Notes: a model not told the origin generated them from the letters alone. A stretch of 64,000 nucleotides of DNA from an uncultured virus (IMG/VR IMGVR_UViG_3300031521_000020) (IMGVR_UViG_3300031521_000020), one strand, 5' to 3'; positions 38,348 through 48,079 are shown, counted from the stretch's first letter. Numbers and translations are program-made.

Positions 38348-38752
38348 TTAATCAGTCCACATTTGGTCACAGGATTTACATTTCGTGTGTTTTAATACAA
38401 ATGAGTGAAGGTGTTTTGAATTACAAAATGGGCAAGTATCATTATAGTTTAATACTTCTTTTTTATATATTTCGATTAAATCTGATATTTCTAATTTTTT
38501 CGGTGGTGTGATTGTTGTGTTATAAATATTAAATTCTCCAACATAATTTTTTTCAAGCCATCTACCGAAATCACCCATTTGTACATCGCTAATAGCTTGT
38601 TTGTTTACTTTTTTTTGTATTTTAATCACATTTAATTTAGTAAAAAATCGTTTAATTGGAAATATTTCAAAACTTGCACCACCTATTGATACTTTAACAC
38701 CATACCAAGAGATCACCAAGATAAGTCCTATAAATATTATTAGTTCTATCAT
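38348..38752 (-). CDS. hypothetical membrane protein with C-term zinc ribbon
   Basis: N-term TM; CPFC..CKSC. Confidence 0.65.
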   Translation of the reverse strand: MIELIIFIGLILVISWYGVKVSIGGASFEIFPIKRFFTKLNVIKIQKKVNKQAISDVQMGDFGRWLEKNYVGEFNIYNTTITPPKKLEISDLIEIYKKEVLNYNDTCPFCNSKHLHSFVLKHTKCKSCDQMWTD

Positions 38753-39468
38753 TTTTCTAATGTATAATAAAATGGATGATAGATTGGTTGGTAATCTTCA
38801 TCTTTGATCGAAACGTTTACACATTTTCCACCATTAAATTCATATGGTATATGGCTACCACTATGTATATGACCACAGCATAGAAATTTATATTTGATTT
38901 GTTGCAATCTTTTTGCTAAAGGTTTATTTCCAATATGCGTGATTGGTTCATTTAAATTATATTGTTCCAAAATAACATCAACTTCACCAACACCATAAGG
39001 CGGGTCATGAGAAATAATTATATCAACTTCATCTGGAATTTTCAGAAATTTGAAATACATATTATCATCTGGTATCATAAATACCCAACCAGAACTAAAT
39101 ATGTGACAATAAGGCGTTCCAAAAATCACCCAAGAACAACCGTTATCATCAACGTGGTTAAATGTTTCGTTTTCTAAATATTTAAGTTTTCCGCCAAATA
39201 ATTTTTCAAAAAAATATTTTTCAGTATCAGATAAACCCTCTAACGCAAAATCATGATTACCAGCCACAAGGAATACTTTCTTAACTGGTAAATTATTGAC
39301 CCATTCGAGAAACGTTGTTTCAAGCCAAATTTTCGTTTTAGGTTTATTACGTTGAATATTTAAAGGAGAAATATCCCCACCGATGATCATTATATCAGCT
39401 TCTTCGGTTATTTCAGGTAGATACCCGTGAAGGTCGGAAATTGCAACAATTGAAAGTTTATTTTTCAT
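38749..39468 (-). CDS. Calcineurin-like metallophosphoesterase
   Basis: SDLHG, GGD, GNHD, SHDPP, GHIH. Confidence 0.9.
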   Translation of the reverse strand: MKNKLSIVAISDLHGYLPEITEEADIMIIGGDISPLNIQRNKPKTKIWLETTFLEWVNNLPVKKVFLVAGNHDFALEGLSDTEKYFFEKLFGGKLKYLENETFNHVDDNGCSWVIFGTPYCHIFSSGWVFMIPDDNMYFKFLKIPDEVDIIISHDPPYGVGEVDVILEQYNLNEPITHIGNKPLAKRLQQIKYKFLCCGHIHSGSHIPYEFNGGKCVNVSIKDEDYQPIYHPFYYTLEK

Positions 39469-40169
39469 TAATATTTTAACAATTTATGATATAATTCGTT
39501 TATTGTATTTTTTAATTTCGAAAACTTAATCTCATTACCCAAATAAATATTTTTATTTACTTCAATCATAATAGATTTTAAGTTTTTATTTAAATATTTT
39601 GATGGATATATTGATCCTGAAAACGGATAATTTATCTTAAATTTATACCCATTATCAATAAAATGATTTATAATAGACCATAATGTTTCAGGACCTGGGT
39701 CATTTTTATCATAATTAACCCCAATACATATATCTGGCTCATTTTCATTCGTTGGTGTAAAAGAATGACAATCAATGATTAAACAAGAACCATTTTCCGC
39801 AATAAGTTTTTGGGAAATATAGTTTAATTTTGAGTGATGCTCATTGTAAACTAATTTAATATCATCCTTTGAGTCGGTTCTATTAATTAATGAACCATCA
39901 GAATATTGTTTATAATATACACCCTGTCCAATTAGTGACATTGGTTCTTTTTTGTCATCCCAATATCTTTCCACATCACAATAAAACCGACTATAAATAA
40001 ATTTTAATGTTTTAACATTTGTAGTTACTGGGTGGTAAAATAAGTCATCAACTAATAAATCTGTTTGAATAACAACATTTCCCATTAATGTGTAGTCATT
40101 AATATTTCCAAAAGAATCTGGAATGTAAGTACTTGAATGGGGGATGTGTAATAATAGGCTTTGAAACAT
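39468..40169 (-). CDS. N-formylglutamate amidohydrolase-like protein
   Basis: HIPHSS, TD, SRFYCDVER, IDCHSF, DICIG, NYPFSG, IMIEVNK. Confidence 0.85.
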   Translation of the reverse strand: MFQSLLLHIPHSSTYIPDSFGNINDYTLMGNVVIQTDLLVDDLFYHPVTTNVKTLKFIYSRFYCDVERYWDDKKEPMSLIGQGVYYKQYSDGSLINRTDSKDDIKLVYNEHHSKLNYISQKLIAENGSCLIIDCHSFTPTNENEPDICIGVNYDKNDPGPETLWSIINHFIDNGYKFKINYPFSGSIYPSKYLNKNLKSIMIEVNKNIYLGNEIKFSKLKNTINELYHKLLKY

Positions 40170-40189
40170 TATAAATTTAAATTTTTATA

Positions 40190-40903
40190 TTATAGTGAGC
40201 GATACACAACATCTGGCATTCCAGAACCATATAAGTTAATTTCCTGTTTTAATTCTGGAGTAATTTCATTTTCACTTGGGAATTTCTTCAATGTATTTGC
40301 GTAAATCGAGCTATCAGGGTTAAATATGTCTACAGGTACGTATTTCCAATCAGATGGGGAATAATCATCGTTCCATTGATCTGAATTAACAACATTAAAC
40401 CCATTTTTTGAATATAATCCTGTTAAAAATCCATCAAAATGATCCATTTTAGTGCCACCTAATGATACAGCTGATTTAACTAAAGCTCCACCTAACCCAC
40501 CAATACCACTATTATTATGAAGTGAAACTATGTCACCATCCAACTTAATAGCAAACCCAATATTATAACCTTTCAGTTTATATGTTTTCATTTGTCCATA
40601 TTCATCTTCGGTGTAATCACTTAAAAATTCACCACGATTACCATATTTTAATGAATTCTTAAATTCAATATTATTATTAACATCATATTGGTTACTACCG
40701 ATTAAATCCAAGACATTTTGTTGATCACCAGATTCGGTTAAATTTGTAGCATCCAACTCCATAGACAACGATTCAGATAATCTATGTGAATATCGATTTA
40801 TTTCCGATATGGTTACAAATGATTCAAATAACCTTTTTTGTGTGTTTTTTAGATTATAATCGTACTCGCTTAATATTTTAAATTGCTTTAATTCTTTTTT
40901 CAT
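40190..40903 (-). CDS. GNAT-fold-like hypothetical protein
   Basis: GLGGALVKSA...D.FDG.L..LY.K.GF; N-term LSE/LFE/ISE leader; start trimmed to 40903. Confidence 0.55.
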   Translation of the reverse strand: MKKELKQFKILSEYDYNLKNTQKRLFESFVTISEINRYSHRLSESLSMELDATNLTESGDQQNVLDLIGSNQYDVNNNIEFKNSLKYGNRGEFLSDYTEDEYGQMKTYKLKGYNIGFAIKLDGDIVSLHNNSGIGGLGGALVKSAVSLGGTKMDHFDGFLTGLYSKNGFNVVNSDQWNDDYSPSDWKYVPVDIFNPDSSIYANTLKKFPSENEITPELKQEINLYGSGMPDVVYRSL

Positions 40904-40933
40904 TATATATTTTGTTTTTTTAATAATTAGCCA

Positions 40934-40965
40934 CAAAGGTAATATTTAAACCGCAATAACCCAAA
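40934..40965 (-). promoter_or_regulatory. Bacteroidetes-type promoter
   Basis: TTTG-N20-TACCTTTG. Confidence 0.75.
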
Positions 40966-40976
40966 TTAATTAACTT

Positions 40977-42008
40977 CTATTCGAAATTATTTATTTTAGC
41001 CAACAACCAATCTCTACCTTTTTTTGATATACCACCTGTAACGGCTTTTGGTTCCAAATTATTCCCAATCAAAACATCTGTTTCTTCTTTAATAATATCA
41101 TTAGCTAACCATCTCAAGAAATCACCCATCTTCTCAATAAACAAAACTCCGTTACCGTATATTTTTTCAAGCCCTTGGTTTAATCTATTTTCAGTAACAG
41201 CATACTCAATAAATTCATTAATTGAATTCATTCTATCTATATCGATTGCAACCAATTCCTTCGTTTTTGAAATTTTACTTTTTTCGGCTTTTACTTTAAA
41301 CCTAAGTTTTTCACCAGTTTCAGTAAAGAAAGTGTAAACTATGCCTTCTCCCCTACCTTCAACACCCATAGCGTCACCAAATGGGCATTTAATACCAACT
41401 TGGGTAGTTATTTCAGTTAGTTTATCTAAAGCTGCCTGAGGCTCGTTAAAATCAATTTCAACTTCAAACGTTGGGAAGTCATATATGTTATAAATATCAT
41501 TTTCAGGTGAACGCAATAGTTTAATTTGATCTATTGGCGCATATTTATTATCACCTTTTGAATTATCTTCATATGATCGCTTAATGTCATATATAACAAA
41601 TATTCTTGGAAGCTGACATACGGCCATTCCAGCCTGTATCCCTTTTCCTGCAAATTCACCAAAAATAGTTATGTAATCATATCCTTTGAAATCAATTTTA
41701 TTTAGTAGATCTTTAAAAACATCTTTTTTTGATTCTAACGTGAAAGCAAAATTATAATTATCATTCTTTAAAGTCAATATATTGTCTTTTGATTGAGCCC
41801 AGATTTCACCATTTTTATTCATTGAAATCCCTCCGTTTGTTCCATCAATTTTTATTGTACCTGAAACTTTGATAATTGGAAGAGGAATTGTTGTATCATA
41901 CATACAGTCCCCATTTTCATCCTTACCAATGTATTGCGTTCTATGTTTAATTGTTGAATAAATTTCCCTAAATTGACCTATGTCCGAGAATTTGCAAAGT
42001 TTTTTCAT
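40977..42008 (-). CDS. RNA ligase, Rnl2 family
   Basis: KIDGTN (I), FGEFAG (III), FVIYDI, EGIV (IV), FKVK (V), VTENRL C-domain. Confidence 0.88.
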   Translation of the reverse strand: MKKLCKFSDIGQFREIYSTIKHRTQYIGKDENGDCMYDTTIPLPIIKVSGTIKIDGTNGGISMNKNGEIWAQSKDNILTLKNDNYNFAFTLESKKDVFKDLLNKIDFKGYDYITIFGEFAGKGIQAGMAVCQLPRIFVIYDIKRSYEDNSKGDNKYAPIDQIKLLRSPENDIYNIYDFPTFEVEIDFNEPQAALDKLTEITTQVGIKCPFGDAMGVEGRGEGIVYTFFTETGEKLRFKVKAEKSKISKTKELVAIDIDRMNSINEFIEYAVTENRLNQGLEKIYGNGVLFIEKMGDFLRWLANDIIKEETDVLIGNNLEPKAVTGGISKKGRDWLLAKINNFE

Positions 42009-42009
42009 A

Positions 42010-42300
42010 TTATCTATTTTGTGAGTGTATATGGTTAATTCTTAATTTTAAACTTGTGTTTTCATACGTAAGTATTTGATTTCTCTCTTTTAATTTGTTA
42101 TTTTTGTTTTCCAAACCTTTAATATGATTATTTTTTCGAACATCATCTTCAATTTTAGAGTGTTTTTCTTCTAATTTATTTAAATCGTGTTTTAATTCCA
42201 GTATATAGGCATTGGCTTTTCCTAGTTCAATTCTCAATTCTTTAATAATAACATAATCTGGAACTTTTAATAAATCTGGATAATTTTCAGCATCTTTCAT
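42010..42300 (-). CDS. hypothetical coiled-coil protein
   Basis: ORF. Confidence 0.7.
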   Translation of the reverse strand: MKDAENYPDLLKVPDYVIIKELRIELGKANAYILELKHDLNKLEEKHSKIEDDVRKNNHIKGLENKNNKLKERNQILTYENTSLKLRINHIHSQNR

Positions 42301-42324
42301 AAATATGCAAGCTAATTAATTAAA

Positions 42325-42888
42325 TTATACATAAATTATATTTTCATTTTCATAATTATTCATATCACTGACCGTTCCTTCTAAAAAGAAATCACGTTCA
42401 ATTCTGCAAGTATGATATTTTTCCCACTCTATTGGTAACATCAATTTCTGACATTTTGATAATGCTTCTAAGGATTGTAGTAATTCGTATTTTGAATCAA
42501 CCCCAGTCGATAATCCTAAATGTTCGAGCGACTTAGGTTCAAATCCCAATTTTTTAACATCCAATTCTCTTTCGGAATACTCATCAAAGAAACAATTTGA
42601 AATCCAGCATTTTAATGGCCTATAACCTTTAACCCAAGAACGATAACTAACATCACTCTCTTTTTCAACCGAAAATTCATACCAATCAAAAATTATCTTC
42701 TCTTCAACATTTTCATCAATATCAAGTCGTATATCATCAAAATTAAAATAATAATCACCAATCATTATAATATCCCCAATTTCTTTACCAACCCAATAAC
42801 CATCTTGAATGTTAAATTCGTGTTTTTCACAAAAAAGTTGAAGATATTTATTAACAATTTTCTCGTAAGATTCTTTTAATTTTTTCAT
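42325..42888 (-). CDS. hypothetical conserved phage protein
   Basis: Y...FCEKH...WVG.EIG....GDY.F...DI..DID. Confidence 0.75.
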   Translation of the reverse strand: MKKLKESYEKIVNKYLQLFCEKHEFNIQDGYWVGKEIGDIIMIGDYYFNFDDIRLDIDENVEEKIIFDWYEFSVEKESDVSYRSWVKGYRPLKCWISNCFFDEYSERELDVKKLGFEPKSLEHLGLSTGVDSKYELLQSLEALSKCQKLMLPIEWEKYHTCRIERDFFLEGTVSDMNNYENENIIYV

Positions 42889-43107
42889 TTATTTAATTTT
42901 TATTGGTTTAATTATTATATTATCAATACTATCAATGGTATAACAATTAGGGCAATAATGCTTTCCTTCATCTTCTATCCAACCACTTTCAGATGCATCA
43001 TCCCAGGCCGTCGATTCGTCATTCCAACACGAATAATCTGAATCTTGTCCACTAAACTTTTTACAATTATCACACTGTACTGTAAACATTTTAACTTCTA
43101 TTATCAT
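42889..43107 (-). CDS. hypothetical zinc-binding protein
   Basis: CDNC...GW...HYCPNC. Confidence 0.75.
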   Translation of the reverse strand: MIIEVKMFTVQCDNCKKFSGQDSDYSCWNDESTAWDDASESGWIEDEGKHYCPNCYTIDSIDNIIIKPIKIK

Positions 43108-43388
43108 AAACTATCAATTTTAAATTTTATTGGGTCTTTTCTATATTCTCTAAGTGATTTTGATAGTAATTTTAAATATCCTTCTGGATCTCCACCAATA
43201 TATCCATCACAAATACCTATTCCCATTATATGGATTATAAATGAGTCATCCGTCATTTCTTCACTTATTTTCATATCATAGTAATATGAACCATTCACCA
43301 TTGAGTAGTAATCACAATCAGGCTCAAAATTTACATTATATCTTTTTAGTATTCGTTTATGTTTATTAATAAATATTGCTGTTTTCAT
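43104..43388 (-). CDS. hypothetical protein
   Basis: ORF; start trimmed to MKTAIF. Confidence 0.6.
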   Translation of the reverse strand: MKTAIFINKHKRILKRYNVNFEPDCDYYSMVNGSYYYDMKISEEMTDDSFIIHIMGIGICDGYIGGDPEGYLKLLSKSLREYRKDPIKFKIDSL

Positions 43389-43426
43389 ATATATATATAT
43401 ATTATTTTTGAATTTACTATTTAAAA

Positions 43427-43639
43427 TTATCTTGTTTCGTAGTATCGTACATATCCGCAATGTGGACAACTAATAGTACCATCGGCATCATCATAAGAAT
43501 AATGTCCACATCTACTACAAGTAGGTCTTAACCATCTTTCACAAATATATATCAGTAACCTTATTTTACGGGTTAAACGTTTTATTTTTCGCATTATTGA
43601 ATACATAAAATAATTATTCTCATTGATTTTTTGCTTCAT
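43427..43639 (-). CDS. hypothetical zinc-ribbon protein
   Basis: CSRCG..CPHCG; start uncertain. Confidence 0.55.
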   Translation of the reverse strand: MKQKINENNYFMYSIMRKIKRLTRKIRLLIYICERWLRPTCSRCGHYSYDDADGTISCPHCGYVRYYETR

Positions 43640-43874
43640 TAAACCATTTATTTATTTTTTGTTTATATTTTTCCACCCTAATATTATAATCTTCCAGCAT
43701 CTGATTTTCAGGATTAAATCTTATAGTGTTTGTTTCAAATCTATTAAAACTATTATCTAAATCCTTACATATAAAACTTAAATTTTTAAACATAGAATCT
43801 TCTTCAAATTCAAACATATATGGCCTTTTCATAGATTGAACCTTCATGATAAATTCTTTTTTAGTTTTTACCAT
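43620..43874 (-). CDS. hypothetical protein
   Basis: ORF. Confidence 0.6.
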   Translation of the reverse strand: MVKTKKEFIMKVQSMKRPYMFEFEEDSMFKNLSFICKDLDNSFNRFETNTIRFNPENQMLEDYNIRVEKYKQKINKWFNEAKNQ

Positions 43875-43877
43875 ACG

Positions 43878-44180
43878 TTATTTTTGATTGTTAATTAAAC
43901 GTTCTAATATATTTGTGATAAAATAGTCAATGCTTTCTAAATCAAATAAACGAATATCAGTATCACACTTTTCACCATCTTTAAAATGGTTTGATATAAC
44001 CGAAATAGTACTTTCTTCACAAATTAATTTTGTTATGAAAAAACCATAGTCCAAGGTTGTCTCAATACAAAGTTTTTCGTTAATATCAATATCCACAATA
44101 CCATCTTTATTTAAAGAAAGTAAACGACCCATATTCTCTTTTATAATTTGGGTTTTTAAAGCCGTAATCCGTTTATCCAT
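43878..44180 (-). CDS. hypothetical protein
   Basis: ORF after promoter. Confidence 0.7.
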   Translation of the reverse strand: MDKRITALKTQIIKENMGRLLSLNKDGIVDIDINEKLCIETTLDYGFFITKLICEESTISVISNHFKDGEKCDTDIRLFDLESIDYFITNILERLINNQK

Positions 44181-44204
44181 TTTACATATTTTTTTATTTC
44201 AAAA

Positions 44205-44236
44205 CAAATGTACAAAAAAAATCCCTAAAAAACAAG
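44205..44236 (-). promoter_or_regulatory. Bacteroidetes-type promoter overlapping a terminator hairpin
   Basis: CTTG-N20-TACATTTG; CCCTAA..TTAGGG hairpin 44223-44246. Confidence 0.75.
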
Positions 44237-44270
44237 TTTCTTAGGGTATTTTAACATTAAATGTTTTATT

Positions 44271-44759
44271 TCAGATTACCTTTTTAATATATTCCATCAA
44301 TAAATAATTTATATTTGACTCAATTAATTTTGATTCAAAATATGGTTCATTAGCTAACTTGTTACTCGACCTTTTTATACCAGAATAGTATTTATCAAAA
44401 TCAGATTGCGCTTTCTGTTTCCAATCATCTGGCCGATTTATTATCGGTAAACTTTCTTTAGGTACATTATTTTTTTCGAGTTCTTTGGGGTCAAAATTTT
44501 TATATTTATCTCCGAATATATCAATAGTATCTTGTAAGTTATTTTTCTCAATCAACTTAATATATTTATCCAAATTACGATTTACTAAATCCCTATTAGA
44601 CCTACCGTAAATACGTGTAAGCGACCTTCGCATATATTCAATATAATTAATAGCAGCCTGTGTTTTAGACTCACCAAAAGACTCTGTTATAATTTTTTTA
44701 ACCAAATTAGTAAGTTGGCTCTCATTTAGACTTATTAATGTTTTATTTTCCATTAGCAT
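44271..44759 (-). CDS. hypothetical protein with L/I-x-E leader
   Basis: ISLNESQLTNLVKKIITES; two TATTTATA copies upstream (44760-44767, 44775-44782). Confidence 0.7.
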   Translation of the reverse strand: MLMENKTLISLNESQLTNLVKKIITESFGESKTQAAINYIEYMRRSLTRIYGRSNRDLVNRNLDKYIKLIEKNNLQDTIDIFGDKYKNFDPKELEKNNVPKESLPIINRPDDWKQKAQSDFDKYYSGIKRSSNKLANEPYFESKLIESNINYLLMEYIKKVI

Positions 44760-44819
44760 TATAAATATTTTTAATATAAATAGTGTAGAAAAATAAAAAA
44801 GATTTAGTTTATTAATTTT

Positions 44820-45131
44820 TTATTTGACAATACCAAGGTTTCCCCAACGACTTTTTAATATTTTTGTTTTGCCATCTTTATCAACAAAAATAACCAATTC
44901 GGCTTTCATTGGTTTTCTAAGAGGTGATATACTTGGGTTATTATCAAAAGAGAAATGTTTTAAAGATAGCTCTTTAATAAGTGTTTTTCTATTTTCATAA
45001 CGTAGATTATCCCTAAACAAAACGATTGTTATAACATCTTCAATCATCCCATTATCATATTTTGGTAAAAGATAAGATGATAATTTATCCACCGAAATAA
45101 GATCCTCTTTAATTAATTCTTCTGCTTTCAT
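44820..45131 (-). CDS. hypothetical protein
   Basis: ORF; ends AELVIF..KILKSRWG. Confidence 0.7.
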   Translation of the reverse strand: MKAEELIKEDLISVDKLSSYLLPKYDNGMIEDVITIVLFRDNLRYENRKTLIKELSLKHFSFDNNPSISPLRKPMKAELVIFVDKDGKTKILKSRWGNLGIVK

Positions 45132-45169
45132 ATTTGTTTTTTAAATAGCTAATTATTATATAATAGATT

Positions 45170-45208
45170 AAAAAAAGAATTACCGATTTTCACAAACTGG
45201 CAATTCTT
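45170..45208 (-). terminator. Rho-independent terminator
   Basis: GAATTGCC..GGTAATTC + T7. Confidence 0.8.
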
Positions 45209-45392
45209 ATTGGTTGTGTAAAAAAAACAGTAAAAGTTGTGTAAAATATGATTTGAATTACAAACAATACAACCAATTTATTTTACAACTTATTTCACCC
45301 CGAATTTTTGTATTAAAAACATATCAGAAACAACTAAGATTAGTTTTTAAATTGTTAATTATTTTAGTTTAACTTTTCAGGGTAAAATAAGT
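45209..45392 (-). ncRNA. Candidate structured RNA (17-bp helix + possible pseudoknot)
   Basis: 45376-45392 pairs with 45288-45304 (2 G-U on minus strand); crossing 9-bp helices 45279-87/45240-48 and 45269-77/45209-17. Confidence 0.6.
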
Positions 45393-45401
45393 ATTTTTTC
45401 A

Positions 45402-45779
45402 CTATTGAAGCATCGATTCAAGTTCTTCGATAGACTTCTCTCCAAGTTGAAGTTCTTTTTTAGCAGCTATAAGCTCGATAATTTTCTTATTGTTAAGCCT
45501 TTTGGCAGCTTCAGTTCTTGCAGTTTCTTCTTCCGTTTCAATAGTATCTAACACATCTGAAACGATTGATAATTTCAATTTTAAAAGCTCAACATTCTTA
45601 CCTCTAACTCCAGTAGACCTTCTTGATACCTTACCAAGCTTTTCAACTTGATCAGTTAAACTCTCTTCCGCTAAAATAAGAGTTTCCTTATCTGTTCCAA
45701 ACAACTGTTCTACCGACAAAGGGCCTTTAACAGTAACAATTCGTAATCCCAGCTTTGCAGCTTCTTTGTACATTTCCAT
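45402..45779 (-). CDS. hypothetical phage coiled-coil protein (partner of 710 aa protein)
   Basis: MYKEAAKLGLRI.T.KG.LSVEQL..., C-term KSIEELE. Confidence 0.8.
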   Translation of the reverse strand: MEMYKEAAKLGLRIVTVKGPLSVEQLFGTDKETLILAEESLTDQVEKLGKVSRRSTGVRGKNVELLKLKLSIVSDVLDTIETEEETARTEAAKRLNNKKIIELIAAKKELQLGEKSIEELESMLQ

Positions 45780-45816
45780 AATAATTAATTGTTTTAATTT
45801 TGTTAGTTAATAATTT

Positions 45817-47949
45817 TTAAAATTTAATTTTGATAACTCTTTTAAATGAACCTTGTAGTCTAACTACTATCTCATCCCTTACAGTGGCATTAAATCCAAG
45901 ACCTGATAGCTGTTTATCTGTTGGCTTAATCATATTAGTCGCACCAAGTACCTCCAATACTTTTCTATGTTCAGCCAATTCAGGTAATAGGTTTTCATTA
46001 TGAAAACTTCTAATATCTGTTGGACATTTACAACCATCTAACATAAATAAATAGTGCTTATTACCAACATTATTATCACCCCAATGGTTAGGTGAAAGGC
46101 ATACTAAGTTAACCTTATGAAAATTATTTGTTTCCAACCCATAAACTTCTTTTGATAAATTTGTACTTTCCTTTAAAGTCATATAAGCATCAGGATGTAA
46201 TTCAAACATACCATTTTTAACTACAATATTACCGACCTCAGCTTTATTACCTGAATGATTCCTATCATATGTTAATGTTGTAATATCACCCTCAATTTCA
46301 ATTTCAATATCAAATGGAACTCTTAATCCTCTTTGTGAGTAATTTTCAACCCAAATTTTTATATTTCCATTTTTTATTTTTGATTTATCTGTAAATATTA
46401 TGTTTTCTACTCTTTTTTCTGGGGTTTGAGCACCGTCTACACCTTGAGCATCTAAATCTAGCATTCCAGAAGAGTTGTGTTTTTGTCTTACATTTGAATA
46501 ATAAATATGGTTTCCATCAGTATCTTGTACGTGAAGATCGTAGTCATCAGTAGTTAGAGGGAATGCCAAACTTATTCTAACATCACCAATCACATTTCCA
46601 CCACGTCCTTTAACAGCTTCTTTGATTTGAGATTTACCTGCTAAATTACCATTAAAAGTCCAAGAGTAGTTATTATTCCATTTAAAAATAGGCTTACTTT
46701 CAGACTTGTTTGAAGTGGTAAGTGAAACCAAATTACCCTCATGTTTACTTAACAAAAAGGCTTCCACAGAGGTACAATTAGGTAGAATATCAGACATAAA
46801 CTTATCAATTGTAACTTCATCAATACCATCGAATTCACTCCTCTTGTGTCTTGTCGAAGTAGATTTTACATTATCGAATATTGAAACATTTTTAATAGAT
46901 CCATCCCCCATATTAACGTGAAGTATTTCGGATGCCTTTATATCATCAATGGTAGCAAACCTTCTATCAAAAGATTCGACAAATCCATTTTCCTCTACAA
47001 ATAATTTTGCCTCCTCAATTTGTTTCTTGGTAATAGGGGTAGTTGTTTTCATATAATTAATTGGATCAACACGTTTATTCCAAGATTTACAAGCTTCGTT
47101 AAGTTCCTTACCCTCAGACAATTCACTACAAAGTACACCAATCAGTTCGTTACGGAACTTAGCAAGCTGATTATTATATGAAGCCACCCAGCAATAATTA
47201 TCTTTCTCTTTTTGAGATTTAGACTCATATTCTGTTTTAAACGTGATCATTTTTTCAACCTTAAATAAATGAGTTTTACCATCAAGTAGTGACTCCTGAT
47301 TGATTAAATCTTTTACAAGTATCAATGTATCTAATGAAATTTCTTCCATCCCACGTTGAAAAACATTTTTTGAATCTCTATAATTACCAATTATACTTTC
47401 AACTGAAGAACCAGTTTGATCAACGAATTGTTTTGATATAGATAAATTGAAATGGTCGAAAGTTATTTCTTCATTTGGCTTTACAACACCGAACATTTCA
47501 GCCTCCTCTTTCGTATACCTTTTTGTATTTTTTTCAACACCTAATTTAAATGTAGCTTGTGTTTTAGTACAATTCTTTTCATAAGGTAATGAGTTTAATT
47601 CATTATATGTTTCAAAGAATACCTCAACTATTTTAGAATTTGCTATTAAATTATTTAATGTGTTTGCTGAATTTTTATACTCTTCAGGTGCATCAACACC
47701 CCAAATAGACATAATTTCATTATCATCACCAATAGCAACAATATTACCATACCTACGAACAAAATTTTTACAGAAATTACAGTTATGAACTGTTGAATTT
47801 GGATCTCGAAAAATAGGATTATCTTCTGGATTAAAAGCTTGAAGATATACATCCCAAACTTTTTGACCAGTAACTTCACTCCTAAAAAGTTTACCAGTAG
47901 CGCACATCTTATCAAATTGTGCTTGCATTAAATTAGTTAGTTCTTTCAT
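45817..47949 (-). CDS. Large hypothetical phage protein (710 aa), CxxC N-domain, YfaP-like C-terminal segment
   Basis: HNCNFCKNF; DYDLHV..IYY..LDLD...VENI; SPNHW..GNKHY.FML; QLSGLGF. Confidence 0.85.
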   Translation of the reverse strand: MKELTNLMQAQFDKMCATGKLFRSEVTGQKVWDVYLQAFNPEDNPIFRDPNSTVHNCNFCKNFVRRYGNIVAIGDDNEIMSIWGVDAPEEYKNSANTLNNLIANSKIVEVFFETYNELNSLPYEKNCTKTQATFKLGVEKNTKRYTKEEAEMFGVVKPNEEITFDHFNLSISKQFVDQTGSSVESIIGNYRDSKNVFQRGMEEISLDTLILVKDLINQESLLDGKTHLFKVEKMITFKTEYESKSQKEKDNYCWVASYNNQLAKFRNELIGVLCSELSEGKELNEACKSWNKRVDPINYMKTTTPITKKQIEEAKLFVEENGFVESFDRRFATIDDIKASEILHVNMGDGSIKNVSIFDNVKSTSTRHKRSEFDGIDEVTIDKFMSDILPNCTSVEAFLLSKHEGNLVSLTTSNKSESKPIFKWNNNYSWTFNGNLAGKSQIKEAVKGRGGNVIGDVRISLAFPLTTDDYDLHVQDTDGNHIYYSNVRQKHNSSGMLDLDAQGVDGAQTPEKRVENIIFTDKSKIKNGNIKIWVENYSQRGLRVPFDIEIEIEGDITTLTYDRNHSGNKAEVGNIVVKNGMFELHPDAYMTLKESTNLSKEVYGLETNNFHKVNLVCLSPNHWGDNNVGNKHYLFMLDGCKCPTDIRSFHNENLLPELAEHRKVLEVLGATNMIKPTDKQLSGLGFNATVRDEIVVRLQGSFKRVIKIKF

Positions 47950-48042
47950 TTTTTTTAATTTTTTGTTTTTTTTCTTTCCAACACTACTTTATTCGTAATT
48001 GGACTTGTTTAATTTTATTTATAACTGTTTTAAAATTCGATA

Positions 48043-48074
48043 CAAATGTACGATTAATATATGTGATTAACAAT
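48043..48074 (-). promoter_or_regulatory. Bacteroidetes-type promoter
   Basis: ATTG-N20-TACATTTG. Confidence 0.75.
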
Positions 48075-48079
48075 TTCTT

